The notes under the pieces: model-generated
Database searches by the model: none
Told to the model about the DNA's origin: nothing
Seen by the model: the letters and a program-made list of their open reading frames with translations, nothing else
NCBI GenBank assembly: GCA_963977445.1
Contig: CAXBPH010000002.1
Coordinates: 15,809-79,808 of the forward strand
Direction of reading: 5' to 3'
DNA: 64,000 nt
Origin: an uncultured bacterium
GTDB taxonomy: Bacteria; Hydrogenedentota; Hydrogenedentia; Hydrogenedentales; JAEUWI01
In this document: one piece after another, positions 41,232 to 52,411 of the stretch
Position numbering within the stretch: the first letter of the stretch is position 1
How the letters are laid out: the number at the start of each line of letters is the position of its first letter
Program-made: the position numbers and the translations under genes

Positions 41232-42302
41232 TCATGATTTTCTTCCGATAGACAACAACAATTCCTTAAATACGGGATAATACACGTCATGGCTGTAACG
41301 TGTCGCTACCGTCTTGCGGGCGGCCCGGCCCATTCGCTCTCGCAGTTCGGGGTCGACGATGAGTCGGGTAAGCTTTTCTTGCCACTCTTCCGGGGTGTTG
41401 GCATGGAAGCCGTCCACCCCGTCGGTTATCACATCACGATTCATTCCCACCGGTGAGAGCACGACTGGCGTGCCCACGGCCATGTATTGGAGGGCTTTGA
41501 AGGCACATTTGCCCCGGGCGCGCGCGGTGTCGTGCAGCGGCATAAGGCCGATGTCGGCGTGCTGAAGGTAGGCGATTTCATCCTCCAGGACCCATTCGGC
41601 GTTTTCCACCGTGACCCCCTCAAGTTCATAGGGTTTTCCTGTGGCAATATGGAGCGTTATCGCGTTGGTGCTCGCCAGGGCCTGCAATACCGGCTCGATG
41701 GGCTCCAGATAACCGAGATTGTCCTTGAGACCCGTCCATCCGAGGCATACCTCGTCTCGAATTGTGTAGGTCTTGCCTTCATGAAGGGGCATATCAATGC
41801 ACGTGGGGATGACCGTCACCGCCGCATTTAACGGGCGCACATAATTGGCCAGAGTCTCATTGCCCACAATACAATGGGCACAGCGCCGCGCCATTTTTTT
41901 TGTCCAGCCATAATCCACCAGCCGCAGAAAGAAACTATCCACGTGGGCCGGAGGTTCCCAGATGGCATCATCCAGATCAATGATAACGCGGCGATTGAGC
42001 AGGCAGACCAATCGTTCCAGCACGGGCGGTCCATAAGGGAACAGCTTGCCCCGGAACACGATTGCGTCGGCCCGTGGCACATGGCGTAGCTGGCCCAGGC
42101 GACGGAGTAATACCTTCGCCAACAGTATCACCTTTTGCAGCGGCCCTGCCCCATCGTAGTAACGCTCCTCTTCGGCCATGGACATGGGGAGCGCCACGGT
42201 GCACTGGTGGCCCTCCACTTCCAGCATGGCGGCGAAGGTGCCGATGCGATAGCGGATGGCCGCGATGCGGCTGGAGGCGTTTCCAAAGAAAAGAATGTGC
42301 AT
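41232..42302 (-). CDS. Glycosyltransferase family 4
   Basis: DIGLMPL...GKCAFKALQYMAVGTPVVLSPVG...DGVDG. Confidence 0.9.
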   Translation of the reverse strand: MHILFFGNASSRIAAIRYRIGTFAAMLEVEGHQCTVALPMSMAEEERYYDGAGPLQKVILLAKVLLRRLGQLRHVPRADAIVFRGKLFPYGPPVLERLVCLLNRRVIIDLDDAIWEPPAHVDSFFLRLVDYGWTKKMARRCAHCIVGNETLANYVRPLNAAVTVIPTCIDMPLHEGKTYTIRDEVCLGWTGLKDNLGYLEPIEPVLQALASTNAITLHIATGKPYELEGVTVENAEWVLEDEIAYLQHADIGLMPLHDTARARGKCAFKALQYMAVGTPVVLSPVGMNRDVITDGVDGFHANTPEEWQEKLTRLIVDPELRERMGRAARKTVATRYSHDVYYPVFKELLLSIGRKS

Positions 42303-42490
42303 AGCGGGAGTGTACCGAAGCCTTTGCATCGTAGTCTATCGAATAGACAATCCGATTGCCGACCACGTGTATTCGTTGCCATGGCGACGATCCACCATAA
42401 CGACGCTGATGAGGGACTTGCTGTTCACAAGCAATCTGGCGTAGGCTTGGAAGTTCTCGCCGACAAAACCAACATTCAGGAGTATGGGTT

Positions 42491-44017
42491 ATGAAAAAGT
42501 GTTTTTTGAACATGATGGCACTGGTCATCCTGAGCTGCGTCCCGCAGGTTCTGGCGGTCGAGCCTGGTATTGTCATCAACGAAGACAACAGCCACTTTTA
42601 CACGACCCGCTCCGCCGACGAGATGTCCCTCGAAGGGCTCAACGCTTTCGTTGACCAATATGCGGATACCAAAGTGAGTCACCTCTTCCTGAGCCCCAAC
42701 TCGATGCGGGCGAGCTTCAAGAGTTCCACCCGTGAGGCCATCTGGGAGCTGGGCGACCAGGAAATGCCGGAAGGCGCGGGCGCGAAGTGGATGAGCAATG
42801 CCCGTCTGCTCCATGAGCGCGGTCTGGACCCCTACGCAGTATGGATCGCCCGTTCCCGGGAAAAAGGTATCTCGCCCTGGCTCACCATGCGCATGAATGA
42901 CATTCACGACGTCCCCAATACCAAGAGCTACATGCACAGCACCTTCTGGCTGCAACACCCCGAATTCTGGCGCGTGCCCAACGACACCAGCGGCGGGTGG
43001 ACCGTTCGCGCCCTCGACTATGGCCACGAAGCCGTTCGCGAGCACAACATGGCTTTCGTCAAAGAGCTCCTGGAGCGCTACGATCCCGATGGCCTCGAAC
43101 TCGACTGGATGCGTTTTGGGTGGCATTTCAAAGCCGGTGAGGAAGCCGCAGGCGTTAAAATTCTGAACGAATTCATGCAAGAGGTGCGTGCCCTCACCGA
43201 AGCGTGGGGGAAAAAGCGGGGCCATCCCATTAAGCTCGGTGTGCGCGTGCCTGCTCATCCCGATGCCGCCCGAGGACTCGGTATGGATGCGGTCGCCTGG
43301 GCGAAAGCGGGACTGGTGGATATGATTGTGCCCTGTCCCTTCTGGACCTCCTCCGATTTTGACATTCCCGTGGAACTATGGCGCGAACAACTGGGTGATG
43401 CCGCCCATGACTTAATTCTCGCGCCCGGTCTGGAATTCAATACCCGTGCCTATCCCGGTGGGCCCGCGGTTGCCAACGATCTTCCGTCTACGCGGGGCTT
43501 TGCCGCCAGTGCCTGGTATCGTGGTGCAGACCAAATCTATCTGTTTAACTACATGGATTCCGAGACCATCCCCGTGAGTCAATCGGACTACCGGATTCTT
43601 GTGGAGCAGGGCCTGGCGCTAGATGTGGTGACCCGTGCGCCGCGCCGCCACATTCAGGCCTTTCGTGATACCGTGCCGTCGGGCTTCCCCAACGGGGCCG
43701 TGCTTCCGGCGACCGGTCCGGAAGCGTCGTTCACCATAAATATCGGGCCCCGCCCAGAAAAGGGTGTTGTTACATTTCACATCGGCCTGGGCAACGGGGA
43801 AGGTGTTGACTCCGCTACCTACACCGCCATCGTGAACGGGACCCCCTGTGGCGCAAGTTCGGATAGGGAGAATCCTGGGACCTTTCCCGGTGCCGTGCGG
43901 GCGCTGTCCTTTACCTGTCCCCCCGACGCCGTTCGGGATGGGGCCAACTCGGTTGTCGTAACGCAGCCAGAGGGACAACAGATTGTCTGGGCAGAATTTC
44001 GGGTCGACCCCTTGTAA
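42491..44017 (+). CDS. Secreted glycoside-hydrolase-like TIM-barrel protein (GHL10-like)
   Basis: Signal peptide; MRMNDIH, LDYGHEAVR, YDPDGLELDWMR, GADQIYLFN. Confidence 0.7.
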   Translation: MKKCFLNMMALVILSCVPQVLAVEPGIVINEDNSHFYTTRSADEMSLEGLNAFVDQYADTKVSHLFLSPNSMRASFKSSTREAIWELGDQEMPEGAGAKWMSNARLLHERGLDPYAVWIARSREKGISPWLTMRMNDIHDVPNTKSYMHSTFWLQHPEFWRVPNDTSGGWTVRALDYGHEAVREHNMAFVKELLERYDPDGLELDWMRFGWHFKAGEEAAGVKILNEFMQEVRALTEAWGKKRGHPIKLGVRVPAHPDAARGLGMDAVAWAKAGLVDMIVPCPFWTSSDFDIPVELWREQLGDAAHDLILAPGLEFNTRAYPGGPAVANDLPSTRGFAASAWYRGADQIYLFNYMDSETIPVSQSDYRILVEQGLALDVVTRAPRRHIQAFRDTVPSGFPNGAVLPATGPEASFTINIGPRPEKGVVTFHIGLGNGEGVDSATYTAIVNGTPCGASSDRENPGTFPGAVRALSFTCPPDAVRDGANSVVVTQPEGQQIVWAEFRVDPL

Positions 44018-44142
44018 CCGTGGAATGGTCAATAAGTCGGTAGCGAACGTCAAAGGTTTAATTCGCCGTCCTTTCGTGTATTATTGGGAAAGCGCAACAA
44101 GAGTTCTGAATAATTCCAGATATAGGGTCCAAGTCAATTGGG

Positions 44143-47100
44143 GTGAGCTCCGTGCAGACGATGGTTGAAGATATTGTTGCCGCATTGAGCGTCCAGATTT
44201 TTCGCGTGCCCATTGCGACCGTCGAGGAGGCCCGGGAAGTCTCAAAGACGTCCCATGACCATTCACTCATTGAAGAATTGAGTCGACGTGGTTTCCTGAA
44301 CGACATGGAGCGGGCCTTCCTGGAAGATCTGTCGCTTCGTCTTGATAATCCCGAAGCGCCCACGGTGACCGGCTTTCCGGGGATGGGCGCTAACCGGAAG
44401 GACGGTGCTCCAAGCCAACGGTCCAGAGAAGGGCAGCGCGAGTCTCTGGCCCCGAGCAGACCGGTCAGCCTCGATCTTCACAACGATTCACGCTACAGCA
44501 TATTGAAGGAGCAAGGTCGCGGGGGAATGGGGCGGGTCCTTGCCGTGTGGGACGAGCGCATGGGCCGGGAAGTGGCGCTCAAAGAATTACTCCCCCAGAG
44601 TACGACGCGCCATGAAGAAGATCGGGATTCCGGCGAGGCCCGAGAACGGGTGATTGCCCGTTTCCTGCAGGAAGCCCAGGTGACCGGACGACTCCAGCAT
44701 CCGTCGATAATTCCCGTGCACGAAATCGGGGAGCGCGCAGACGGCACCCTCTACTACACCATGAAATGCGTCCATGGCCAGACCCTGCGGGATGCCATCC
44801 GGAAGGCCGATTCTCTTGAGGCCCGTATGGCGCTTCTTCCCCACTATGTGAGTCTGTGTCAGGCCATGGCCTACGCCCATACCCATGGCGTCATTCACCG
44901 GGACCTGAAGCCCAGTAACGTCATGATTGGTGAGTTTGGTGAGACGCTGGTCATCGACTGGGGCCTTGCAAAGGAAAGGGGTGCTGGTGATGGCGTGTTG
45001 GACGGGTCAATCGACCCGGCGGAGAACGGCGACGGCGAGATGCGTGATGGGCTCACGATGGACGGTCAGTTACTCGGTACGCCCCACTATATGGCGCCCG
45101 AGCAGGCGGCCGGTCAGCACGCTACGCTCGACGAACGGGCCGACGTATATGCCCTTGGGGCGGTTCTGTACCACCTGCTCACGGGGCAACGCCCCTTTGA
45201 ATCCCTGTCCGGTGTCGACGTGCTTCGCCAAGTCGTTCGAAAGCCATCGCTGTCGCCAGCGGTAGCCTGCCCGGGGATACCCGCCGCACTGGAAGCGATT
45301 TGTATGCGCGCCATGGCCCATGACCCGGCCGAGCGTTATTCCTCGGCAAAAGCGCTGGCAGAAGAAATTGTCCGCTTTCAATCGGGTGCCGTGGTGGCCG
45401 CCTACAACTATGGGCTGTCCGACCACGTCGTTCGTATCGTAAAGAAACATAAGCCCGTGGTATTGACGAGTGCGATCTTTGTCCTTATGCTGCTTTCTCT
45501 CGTTTGCTACACGGTGTATTCGCTTCAAGTGGGCAAGGAGAATGAGTACACCCTGCGAAAAGCAGCGGAGCAGGAAAGCTATGACCTCTCTGTCGCCCTG
45601 GCCCAACGCAGTATGGATGAGTTGCAATACGACGAAGTGGAGCGAATTCTTGAGGAGAGCCCGCCCGACTTTCGTGGTTGGGAATGGGGGCGCCTTAATT
45701 ACACGGTGTCGAGTTTGCGGCGGAGTTATCCGCACCCGGCCACCCTTGCCGATATGGCACTCAATGGGCAGGGTGACCGACTCGTAACGATAGACTTCGA
45801 GGGTAACGGGCGGCTGTGGTCGGTTCCCGACTTTCAATTGATTCGTTCCTACGATCTGGGGAAGGAAGCGTGGGTGGTAGCCTTTCGGCCTGATGGGAAA
45901 GAATTTGCGACCACGGGCGTCGAAGGCGTGATTCAGCGTTGGGATGTAGAAAGTGACCGTGCGGTCGCGGAATATCAATCTACCGGTAGCAGCTGTTGTA
46001 CCCTGATTTATAGCCGCGATGGGCGTTATCTGGTGACGGCAGGAATGGACGACGCAATCTCTCAATGGGATCTTGACACGGGTCAGGTTGTGCGGAGGAT
46101 AGCGACACCCAACGGCGTCATTAACAAGATTGCCCTCTCACCGGATGGAAAATGGCTTGCGGCAGCCGATGAAACGGGGCTGGTGTTGCTATGGGATTGG
46201 GAAAAAGGCGACCTCATATATCAGCGTGAGGCCCACATGATTAGTCGCCAGCTGGGCGTGCTGGGGGCCATCTGGGTGGAGTTCAGCCCCGACGGAAACA
46301 CGCTCTTGTCCACTGGATGTGATGCGACAGCGAAATCCTGGGATCGCGCCACCGGCACCCTGAATTTTACCCTGGAAAGTTTTGTCAGCCGTGTATGGAG
46401 CGCCGGATATGCCACCGACGAGCGTACCATCTTCACAACGACGGAGGGCCTGGTACAGTTTTGGGATGCACGGACGGGTGAGGAAAAGCCGTCGTGGATT
46501 CGTGGTGATGGTGCCAGTAAACGGGCCATGCTCTTGCCCGGCGGGCAGGAGATGGTGAGTGTGGGGAGCAGCAATCTTATACGGCGTTGGCGACTCGATC
46601 TGACGCCGGAAAATGAATCCCTGGACGGCGGCACGTCGCCCATGAACGGGGTTCGCTTCAGTCCCGACGGGACCGCCCTCGCCGCCACCGGTGGTCATTG
46701 GAAAGCGGGCGGCGACGGTCGGGTGCGGTTGTGGCAGGGCATCGGAAACGAGCAGTCCGTGCCGGCACTACCGCTGTTGCTCGAAGGCCCCGAAGGCTGG
46801 TCTCATCCGTTGGATTTTCACCCCAACGGCGAGGAGATCAGCGCGGGTGCCCGTGGTGGGCAGATTTTTACTTGGGACAGACGTGCGGGGACGCTACTCC
46901 GCGAATTTAACTTGCCACAGTTTAAGACCGGGATTCGTTGTCTGGCCTACCGGGCCGATGGCAACGCCCTGTTTGTCACCGGCTGGGCGGACGTAGATGT
47001 TCCCGTCGTCGTTGAACTATCAACGGACGACGGCACGATACTACGGGAGTTTTCCGACCAGCTTGAAACTATCGATTCGGTCGCATGCAGTCCCGACGGT

Positions 47101-47532
47101 CGCTATCTTGCCGCCGGTAGTCGTGATGGCAGCGCCTGCGTATGGGACCTGAAAACCGGAAAACTATACCGGAAATTCGTGGAAGATCTGGGCTGGGTCT
47201 ACGGGGTTGCCTTCTCTCCCGACAGTCGATATCTCGCGACGTCGCACAATGGCTCCCTTGTGAATTTATGGGATTTGGCGCGGGGTGAAAAGGTTCGGGT
47301 ACTTGGTGGTCTTCACGACCGGGTAAATAAAGTGACCTTCAGTCCCGATGGCACGCGGGTCGCTGCTTGCGATACCAATTCGGTCAAGGTCTGGAGTGCC
47401 ACCACCGGTGCCGCGCTGATCACCCTGCCTCACGGGGCCTACGATGTTGCCTTCAGTCCCGATGGACGTATCCTCGCGGCCGCCGGCATAGATGACCGCG
47501 TCTGGACGTGGCACGCCAGTGCATGGAAATAA
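44143..47532 (+). CDS. Serine/threonine protein kinase with WD40 repeats
   Basis: GRGGMGRV, VALK, HRDLKPSN, DWG, GTPHYMAPEQ; hydrophobic helix; many FSPDG/WD repeats; start 44143 or 44161. Confidence 0.93.
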   Translation: MSSVQTMVEDIVAALSVQIFRVPIATVEEAREVSKTSHDHSLIEELSRRGFLNDMERAFLEDLSLRLDNPEAPTVTGFPGMGANRKDGAPSQRSREGQRESLAPSRPVSLDLHNDSRYSILKEQGRGGMGRVLAVWDERMGREVALKELLPQSTTRHEEDRDSGEARERVIARFLQEAQVTGRLQHPSIIPVHEIGERADGTLYYTMKCVHGQTLRDAIRKADSLEARMALLPHYVSLCQAMAYAHTHGVIHRDLKPSNVMIGEFGETLVIDWGLAKERGAGDGVLDGSIDPAENGDGEMRDGLTMDGQLLGTPHYMAPEQAAGQHATLDERADVYALGAVLYHLLTGQRPFESLSGVDVLRQVVRKPSLSPAVACPGIPAALEAICMRAMAHDPAERYSSAKALAEEIVRFQSGAVVAAYNYGLSDHVVRIVKKHKPVVLTSAIFVLMLLSLVCYTVYSLQVGKENEYTLRKAAEQESYDLSVALAQRSMDELQYDEVERILEESPPDFRGWEWGRLNYTVSSLRRSYPHPATLADMALNGQGDRLVTIDFEGNGRLWSVPDFQLIRSYDLGKEAWVVAFRPDGKEFATTGVEGVIQRWDVESDRAVAEYQSTGSSCCTLIYSRDGRYLVTAGMDDAISQWDLDTGQVVRRIATPNGVINKIALSPDGKWLAAADETGLVLLWDWEKGDLIYQREAHMISRQLGVLGAIWVEFSPDGNTLLSTGCDATAKSWDRATGTLNFTLESFVSRVWSAGYATDERTIFTTTEGLVQFWDARTGEEKPSWIRGDGASKRAMLLPGGQEMVSVGSSNLIRRWRLDLTPENESLDGGTSPMNGVRFSPDGTALAATGGHWKAGGDGRVRLWQGIGNEQSVPALPLLLEGPEGWSHPLDFHPNGEEISAGARGGQIFTWDRRAGTLLREFNLPQFKTGIRCLAYRADGNALFVTGWADVDVPVVVELSTDDGTILREFSDQLETIDSVACSPDGRYLAAGSRDGSACVWDLKTGKLYRKFVEDLGWVYGVAFSPDSRYLATSHNGSLVNLWDLARGEKVRVLGGLHDRVNKVTFSPDGTRVAACDTNSVKVWSATTGAALITLPHGAYDVAFSPDGRILAAAGIDDRVWTWHASAWK

Positions 47533-47573
47533 ATGTTGGGTTGGAAGCCGTCGCGGTGATACGGAATGAAAAA

Positions 47574-47604
47574 CTCCCGCCGAATTCGGGGAATTCGACG
47601 GGAG
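47574..47604. terminator. Hairpin terminator between convergent genes
   Basis: CTCCCG.CGAATTC-GGG-GAATTCG.CGGGAG with a T-tract on the minus strand. Confidence 0.65.
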
Positions 47605-47613
47605 CCATACGGT

Positions 47614-49977
47614 CTACTTTTTAATCACCCAGACTTCGCTCAGGCGCGACATCTGGCGCCAGTTGATGCCCGGCTCACGGGGTACGTCGAAGGTGAGTAT
47701 CATGGTGCCGTCTTTGTAGAGTGCTTTCGGAATCGTGAATTCTTTCCGCTCGCCCACATCGATGGGGTCGATGGAAGGTTCCACGCGCTCGCCATTTACT
47801 CGGAGCAGGCACTGACCGTAGCCGGTCGTGCGCACCAGGTACGTGGCCTCCGGGTCCAGCCCGTCATAACGGAGTCCCATGGGCCAATCCATCTTACTGA
47901 CCCAGGATTGACGCACCCGGGTAAGGCCATTATCCCACCACATGAAATCGGGGTTCATGTGGCGTCGCATGAGGGGGTCCGTGCTGAGGGCTTCGCCCCG
48001 GATTAGGTGGTCAGATTGGGCCACATTGCCGATATCGTCATAGAAGCTGCCGGGACCGGGGTTTTCCCACGTGTACAGCACATTCAGACGATCCAGTTTT
48101 TCCGCATCGCTATTTAGACCGCGAATCTCCGCCATCTGGTCTTCATACCACCAGCGGTTGTTCAGCGGGTAGTCGATGAAGTCGAGGACCGCACCGCGCT
48201 GGGCGTTGCTGGCGCCATACTTGGGCACACTCGTCTGGTAGCCAATCGATTTGAAGAGCCGCTCACACAAATCGACAACCGCCGCACGAAGTTCCGGTCG
48301 GGGGGAGGCGGTGTCCGCTTTGGCGAAGACCGCCAAGGCACCATCAATCGCCTGATCAATGCCGATCGCTTCGGCCTGGGAAAGCAGCGCGTTGGCCTGG
48401 TCTTCCAGCGTATCTTCGTGGATAAACCGTCCCCGGATATAGGCGTCGTAATTGGCCTTGAGGAGACACAACTGCCAGCGCCAATTATCGTGCAGACCCG
48501 GTTTTTCTTTTTCGAGGGTCTGCCAGAGCGCCAGGGTCGATTCCACGCCACCATTCAGATAGAGCGGCCCGTCCCAGTTTTCTTCGAGCGCGTAGAGGCC
48601 GTCGGCAGCACGCTCGGCCACATCATCGCCGAAATAGAAACGGCAATACTCGATGAGGCCGTCCCGCACGTCGTAATCCACATCCCAGCCGAGCATGCTC
48701 CAGACATTTTTGTTTACGTCATCGTGCATGCCGTCGGAGTAGGTAATGAACCCATCCGTGTCTTGAGCGAAAGCCCGGAAGATGGTGCTGTAGTAGACCG
48801 GCTCGGGGTTGCTGCCTTCCCGGCCCGACGTGAAGGCAAAGGCAGGATCGATCCATTGGGTCGCATACTGAGAGCGGACCGTGTGGGTAATATCCGGGTA
48901 GTCGCGGAGTCGATATTGTTTGGGCAAACGTTTACGCATGTAGGGGAGCGGGGGACTCGAAGGTCCACCGACGGCACCGGTAAACCACGTGGGTTGGTGT
49001 TCGGCTATCCAATCAAAGAAAAAATCAACCTGTTCCTCATCAAAACCCTGCAGGGACATCCAGATTTCTGTCTCCGGGTGGTACTGCGCCAGCAGTTTCG
49101 AAATGTCTTCGAGAAACGGCATGACGTCTTTGGGATGGTTATGGCCTGGGTCGCCCCCCGGAAAAAACACGGCGTCCAGCTGGGTGCAGGCCTTGTAGTA
49201 GGCCTCGTGTTCCGCGAGATGGGCCGCCCGCTTTTCCAGGTCGGTAAGGTCGACCGTGGCCGGCGTCCAGACCCAATAGGCCACGCCATATTTTGCGCAC
49301 ATATCGCCCAGGGCCTGATTCATCACTTCCCGTGTGACGGGCATGAGCGGGCTGTCGTCATCCTGAAAGGGAATATTTTCAATGGCGTTTACCCCAAAGA
49401 TGGCCAGTTCCCGGATGTATTGCTCATATACGGCGGGGGTCCAGGCGTCATAGCTGTTGGCCGTGGTGCGGTAGCCAAGCTGGTGACCCCGGATGGAATC
49501 GTCCGGCGCACTGGATAAATTGAGTGGCGTGACCAGCGAAAGGGAGCCTTCAGACCAGGCAACATTGCGCAAGAGCCGCCCAACGCCATAGAGAACGCCG
49601 CTGGGGTCGGCCCCCACGATCCAGATGCTGTGCTCTCCCGTTTCGATGGTGTAGCCTTCCGGCACGTCCGTTAAGGAAGCTTTGGGTGCCGAATCGAATG
49701 GGAAGGGGGCATCGCCGGGGTTGGTGCACATGATGATAGCCGGACCTTGCCCGGAAAACTCGTGGACGACAGGCAGGTCAATCCCGGTCCGTCGTTGGAC
49801 TTCTTCAATCAGCACCGTTCTCGCCGTCTGCTCGACCACCGGCAATTCGCCCGCAGGCACCACGATGCGGGCATTGCTCAGGTCCAGCGCAGCGCCGAGT
49901 GGTGCAATCAGCAAGGTGCTCATCAGGGCAAGCATGGCAAGGGGCCGAGGGTACCGGACCGGATTTACTGGATTCAT
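47614..49977 (-). CDS. Secreted glycoside-hydrolase-like protein with GH20/GH67-type N-terminal domain
   Basis: Signal peptide; EEVQRRTG...PEGYTI...GADPSGVLYGVGRLLR followed by a barrel-like region. Confidence 0.65.
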   Translation of the reverse strand: MNPVNPVRYPRPLAMLALMSTLLIAPLGAALDLSNARIVVPAGELPVVEQTARTVLIEEVQRRTGIDLPVVHEFSGQGPAIIMCTNPGDAPFPFDSAPKASLTDVPEGYTIETGEHSIWIVGADPSGVLYGVGRLLRNVAWSEGSLSLVTPLNLSSAPDDSIRGHQLGYRTTANSYDAWTPAVYEQYIRELAIFGVNAIENIPFQDDDSPLMPVTREVMNQALGDMCAKYGVAYWVWTPATVDLTDLEKRAAHLAEHEAYYKACTQLDAVFFPGGDPGHNHPKDVMPFLEDISKLLAQYHPETEIWMSLQGFDEEQVDFFFDWIAEHQPTWFTGAVGGPSSPPLPYMRKRLPKQYRLRDYPDITHTVRSQYATQWIDPAFAFTSGREGSNPEPVYYSTIFRAFAQDTDGFITYSDGMHDDVNKNVWSMLGWDVDYDVRDGLIEYCRFYFGDDVAERAADGLYALEENWDGPLYLNGGVESTLALWQTLEKEKPGLHDNWRWQLCLLKANYDAYIRGRFIHEDTLEDQANALLSQAEAIGIDQAIDGALAVFAKADTASPRPELRAAVVDLCERLFKSIGYQTSVPKYGASNAQRGAVLDFIDYPLNNRWWYEDQMAEIRGLNSDAEKLDRLNVLYTWENPGPGSFYDDIGNVAQSDHLIRGEALSTDPLMRRHMNPDFMWWDNGLTRVRQSWVSKMDWPMGLRYDGLDPEATYLVRTTGYGQCLLRVNGERVEPSIDPIDVGERKEFTIPKALYKDGTMILTFDVPREPGINWRQMSRLSEVWVIKK

Positions 49978-50302
49978 GGGAGGACTCCTTTGGTCAATCG
50001 AGCAGCAATCGATGTCTTGTGTGAACCGGTTTCGGCCAGCGAGCGACGTTAATTAAGCGGGCCTTTGATCACACAGGTTTCTGCATTGGGCGCAGAACTT
50101 TCCAAGGCTTCAGGTGGCATTGGAACGATCGGGTAACACCTTGCACCTTATCAGAATTGCCCGATTATTGCGAGATTGGCGCTGTCAGGAGAGCAACGGG
50201 GCGGCGCTTGGGTGCACCTGGACGGAAACTCGGTCCGCGCATCCCGTTGGGACGAGGAAAATGCCGTCAGGTTAGGCTGCGAAAACATCATGTCCCTTCG
50301 CA

Positions 50303-52411
50303 ATGAGTCGCCTGCAGCCTTGCGGCTTAGCTGGCGTCGAATCTGGTATGACGGAACCCGGCTTCGATGGTAATTTGGACATAATGCAAACACTTGGGTT
50401 GTCGTGGTATCGTGGTGTGATGAACGACGAAGATACAGATCGGCGGAAACCCGTACGCGATTTAATCCTTCGCACCATTTGGGCGTCTTCTCCACGGCAG
50501 GCGGCGGGGCGCGTATTCCTGGCCGCACTGATTGGCGGGTGCCAGAGTGTTCCCCACGGCGGTGATGCTGATATGGAAATGGCTGCCGCACCGGATTCCA
50601 CGGCAATGGCGGGCTTTCTGGAAACCCATTGTTACGCCTGCCACGGGGCAAAGCGTCAAAAGGGTGGCTTGGATTTCGAAACACTGATTATGAACGACGG
50701 CCATCTGGTCGACCAGGAATTGATTGGTCGCATTCTCGCTGTCGTCACCTCCGGGGAAATGCCCCCCAAGCGCCGTACCCAACCCGAAGTAGAAGAAGTA
50801 CAGGCCTTTTTACTTGACCTGAATGCCCAAAAGGAAGCGCTGCTGGCGGGCATCAAACCCGATCCCGGTCGTGTGACGGTTCGACGACTCAATCGGGCCG
50901 AATACAATAATACGGTCCGCGATTTGCTCGGCGTCGACACGGGCCCTGCCGATGGGTTGCCCCCCGATGATTCGGGCTATGGCTTCGACAACAACGGCGA
51001 TGTCCTGACCTTGTCCCCCCTCCTTGCAGAAAAATACATAGAAATTGCCGAGGACGTAGCCAAAGCGGCGGTGGCACGAGAGCTGGAAGACTACGACCGT
51101 TCGCTGGATGTGCACCGGAATATCCTGGTATGCGATCACAGCGCGCTGGTGCACAACGCCACCTGTGCCGATCGAGCCATTCGCCATTTGGCGCCCCAAG
51201 CCTATCGCCGGCCCATCAGTCGCGAAGAATTTAACCAGCTGAAGCATTTCTACCAGTTGGCCATCGACCACGGTGAGTCCTTCGACGCGGGGATGACCCT
51301 GGTGATTCAGGCCATGCTGGTATCCCCCCATTTTCTGTTTCGTGTGGAAGACATTCCCTCGCCCAACGACACCGAGACCCACCACTATCTGGAGGACTAT
51401 CACTACGCCTCCCGGCTCTCCTATTTTCTGTGGAGCAGCATGCCCGACGAAACCCTCCTTTCTACGGTGCGCTCGGGTTCCCTTCGAAATCCCCGTACCT
51501 TACGGGATCAGATTGAGCGTATGTTGCGTGATCCTCGGGCTGCCGCATTGGCAGAGAACTTCGCTGGCCAGTGGCTGGAGTTTCGTAATCTGCAGCGGAG
51601 CGATCCCGACCCCGAGCTCTTTCCCGAGTTCAATGACGAACTGCGGGAGGCCATGGCCGGGGAAACGTCGCGTTTCTTCACGGCAATCGTGGCGGAAGAT
51701 CGCAGCGTTCTGGATTTCGTCAACGCGGACTTTACCTTCGTCAATGAGCCCCTGGCAAAACTATACGGCATCGATGGCATTGTCGGCCCCGAATTTCAAC
51801 GGGTCAGCGTGGACCCCGCCTTTCGCGGCGGACTCCTGGGCCAGGCGAGCATTCTGACGGTGACCTCCTATCCAACCCGGACCTCCCCCGTATTGCGTGG
51901 ACTCTGGGTTCTGGAAAACCTCCTGGCGTCGCCGACGCCCCCGCCCCCGCCAGACGTGCCCGCCCTGGATGCCGTGGAGATTGACCCGGGCGCTACCATG
52001 CGAGAAAAACTCACCAAGCACCGGGAAAATGTCAGTTGCGCCAGTTGTCACGACCGCATTGACCCGCTGGGCTTTGGCCTGGAAAATTACGATGCCATTG
52101 GAAAGTGGCGTGGCGAAGACAATGGGCGCCCGGTGGACAGTTCCGGAGTGCTCCCCGATGGCAGCGAATTTTCAGGGCCCGATGGATTGAAGGGCGTGCT
52201 CCTTGAACGGAAAGACGACTTTGTTCGCTGTTTGGCGGAAAAAATGCTAATCTATGCCTTAGGCCGGGGACTTGAAGACTACGATGAACCTGCGCTGAAC
52301 GAAATCGTCAGCGAAGTGGCGCGCAACGACTACCGCTTTTCCGCACTGGTATACGAGATCGTGCGTAGTCTGCCGTTTACGAAACTCCGAGGGGAGGCCG
52401 AATCCTCATGA
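50303..52411 (+). CDS. DUF1592/DUF1588-type planctomycete cytochrome c protein
   Basis: CYACH; RRLNRAEYNNTVRDLLG; GFDN; ASRLSYFLWSSMPD; FAGQWL; TSPVLRG; CASCH; start uncertain. Confidence 0.9.
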   Translation: MSRLQPCGLAGVESGMTEPGFDGNLDIMQTLGLSWYRGVMNDEDTDRRKPVRDLILRTIWASSPRQAAGRVFLAALIGGCQSVPHGGDADMEMAAAPDSTAMAGFLETHCYACHGAKRQKGGLDFETLIMNDGHLVDQELIGRILAVVTSGEMPPKRRTQPEVEEVQAFLLDLNAQKEALLAGIKPDPGRVTVRRLNRAEYNNTVRDLLGVDTGPADGLPPDDSGYGFDNNGDVLTLSPLLAEKYIEIAEDVAKAAVARELEDYDRSLDVHRNILVCDHSALVHNATCADRAIRHLAPQAYRRPISREEFNQLKHFYQLAIDHGESFDAGMTLVIQAMLVSPHFLFRVEDIPSPNDTETHHYLEDYHYASRLSYFLWSSMPDETLLSTVRSGSLRNPRTLRDQIERMLRDPRAAALAENFAGQWLEFRNLQRSDPDPELFPEFNDELREAMAGETSRFFTAIVAEDRSVLDFVNADFTFVNEPLAKLYGIDGIVGPEFQRVSVDPAFRGGLLGQASILTVTSYPTRTSPVLRGLWVLENLLASPTPPPPPDVPALDAVEIDPGATMREKLTKHRENVSCASCHDRIDPLGFGLENYDAIGKWRGEDNGRPVDSSGVLPDGSEFSGPDGLKGVLLERKDDFVRCLAEKMLIYALGRGLEDYDEPALNEIVSEVARNDYRFSALVYEIVRSLPFTKLRGEAESS

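Noticed and set aside
44950..44970. DWG instead of DFG in the Ser/Thr kinase
   Set aside because: A common variant in this class of bacterial kinases; the other catalytic motifs are intact.
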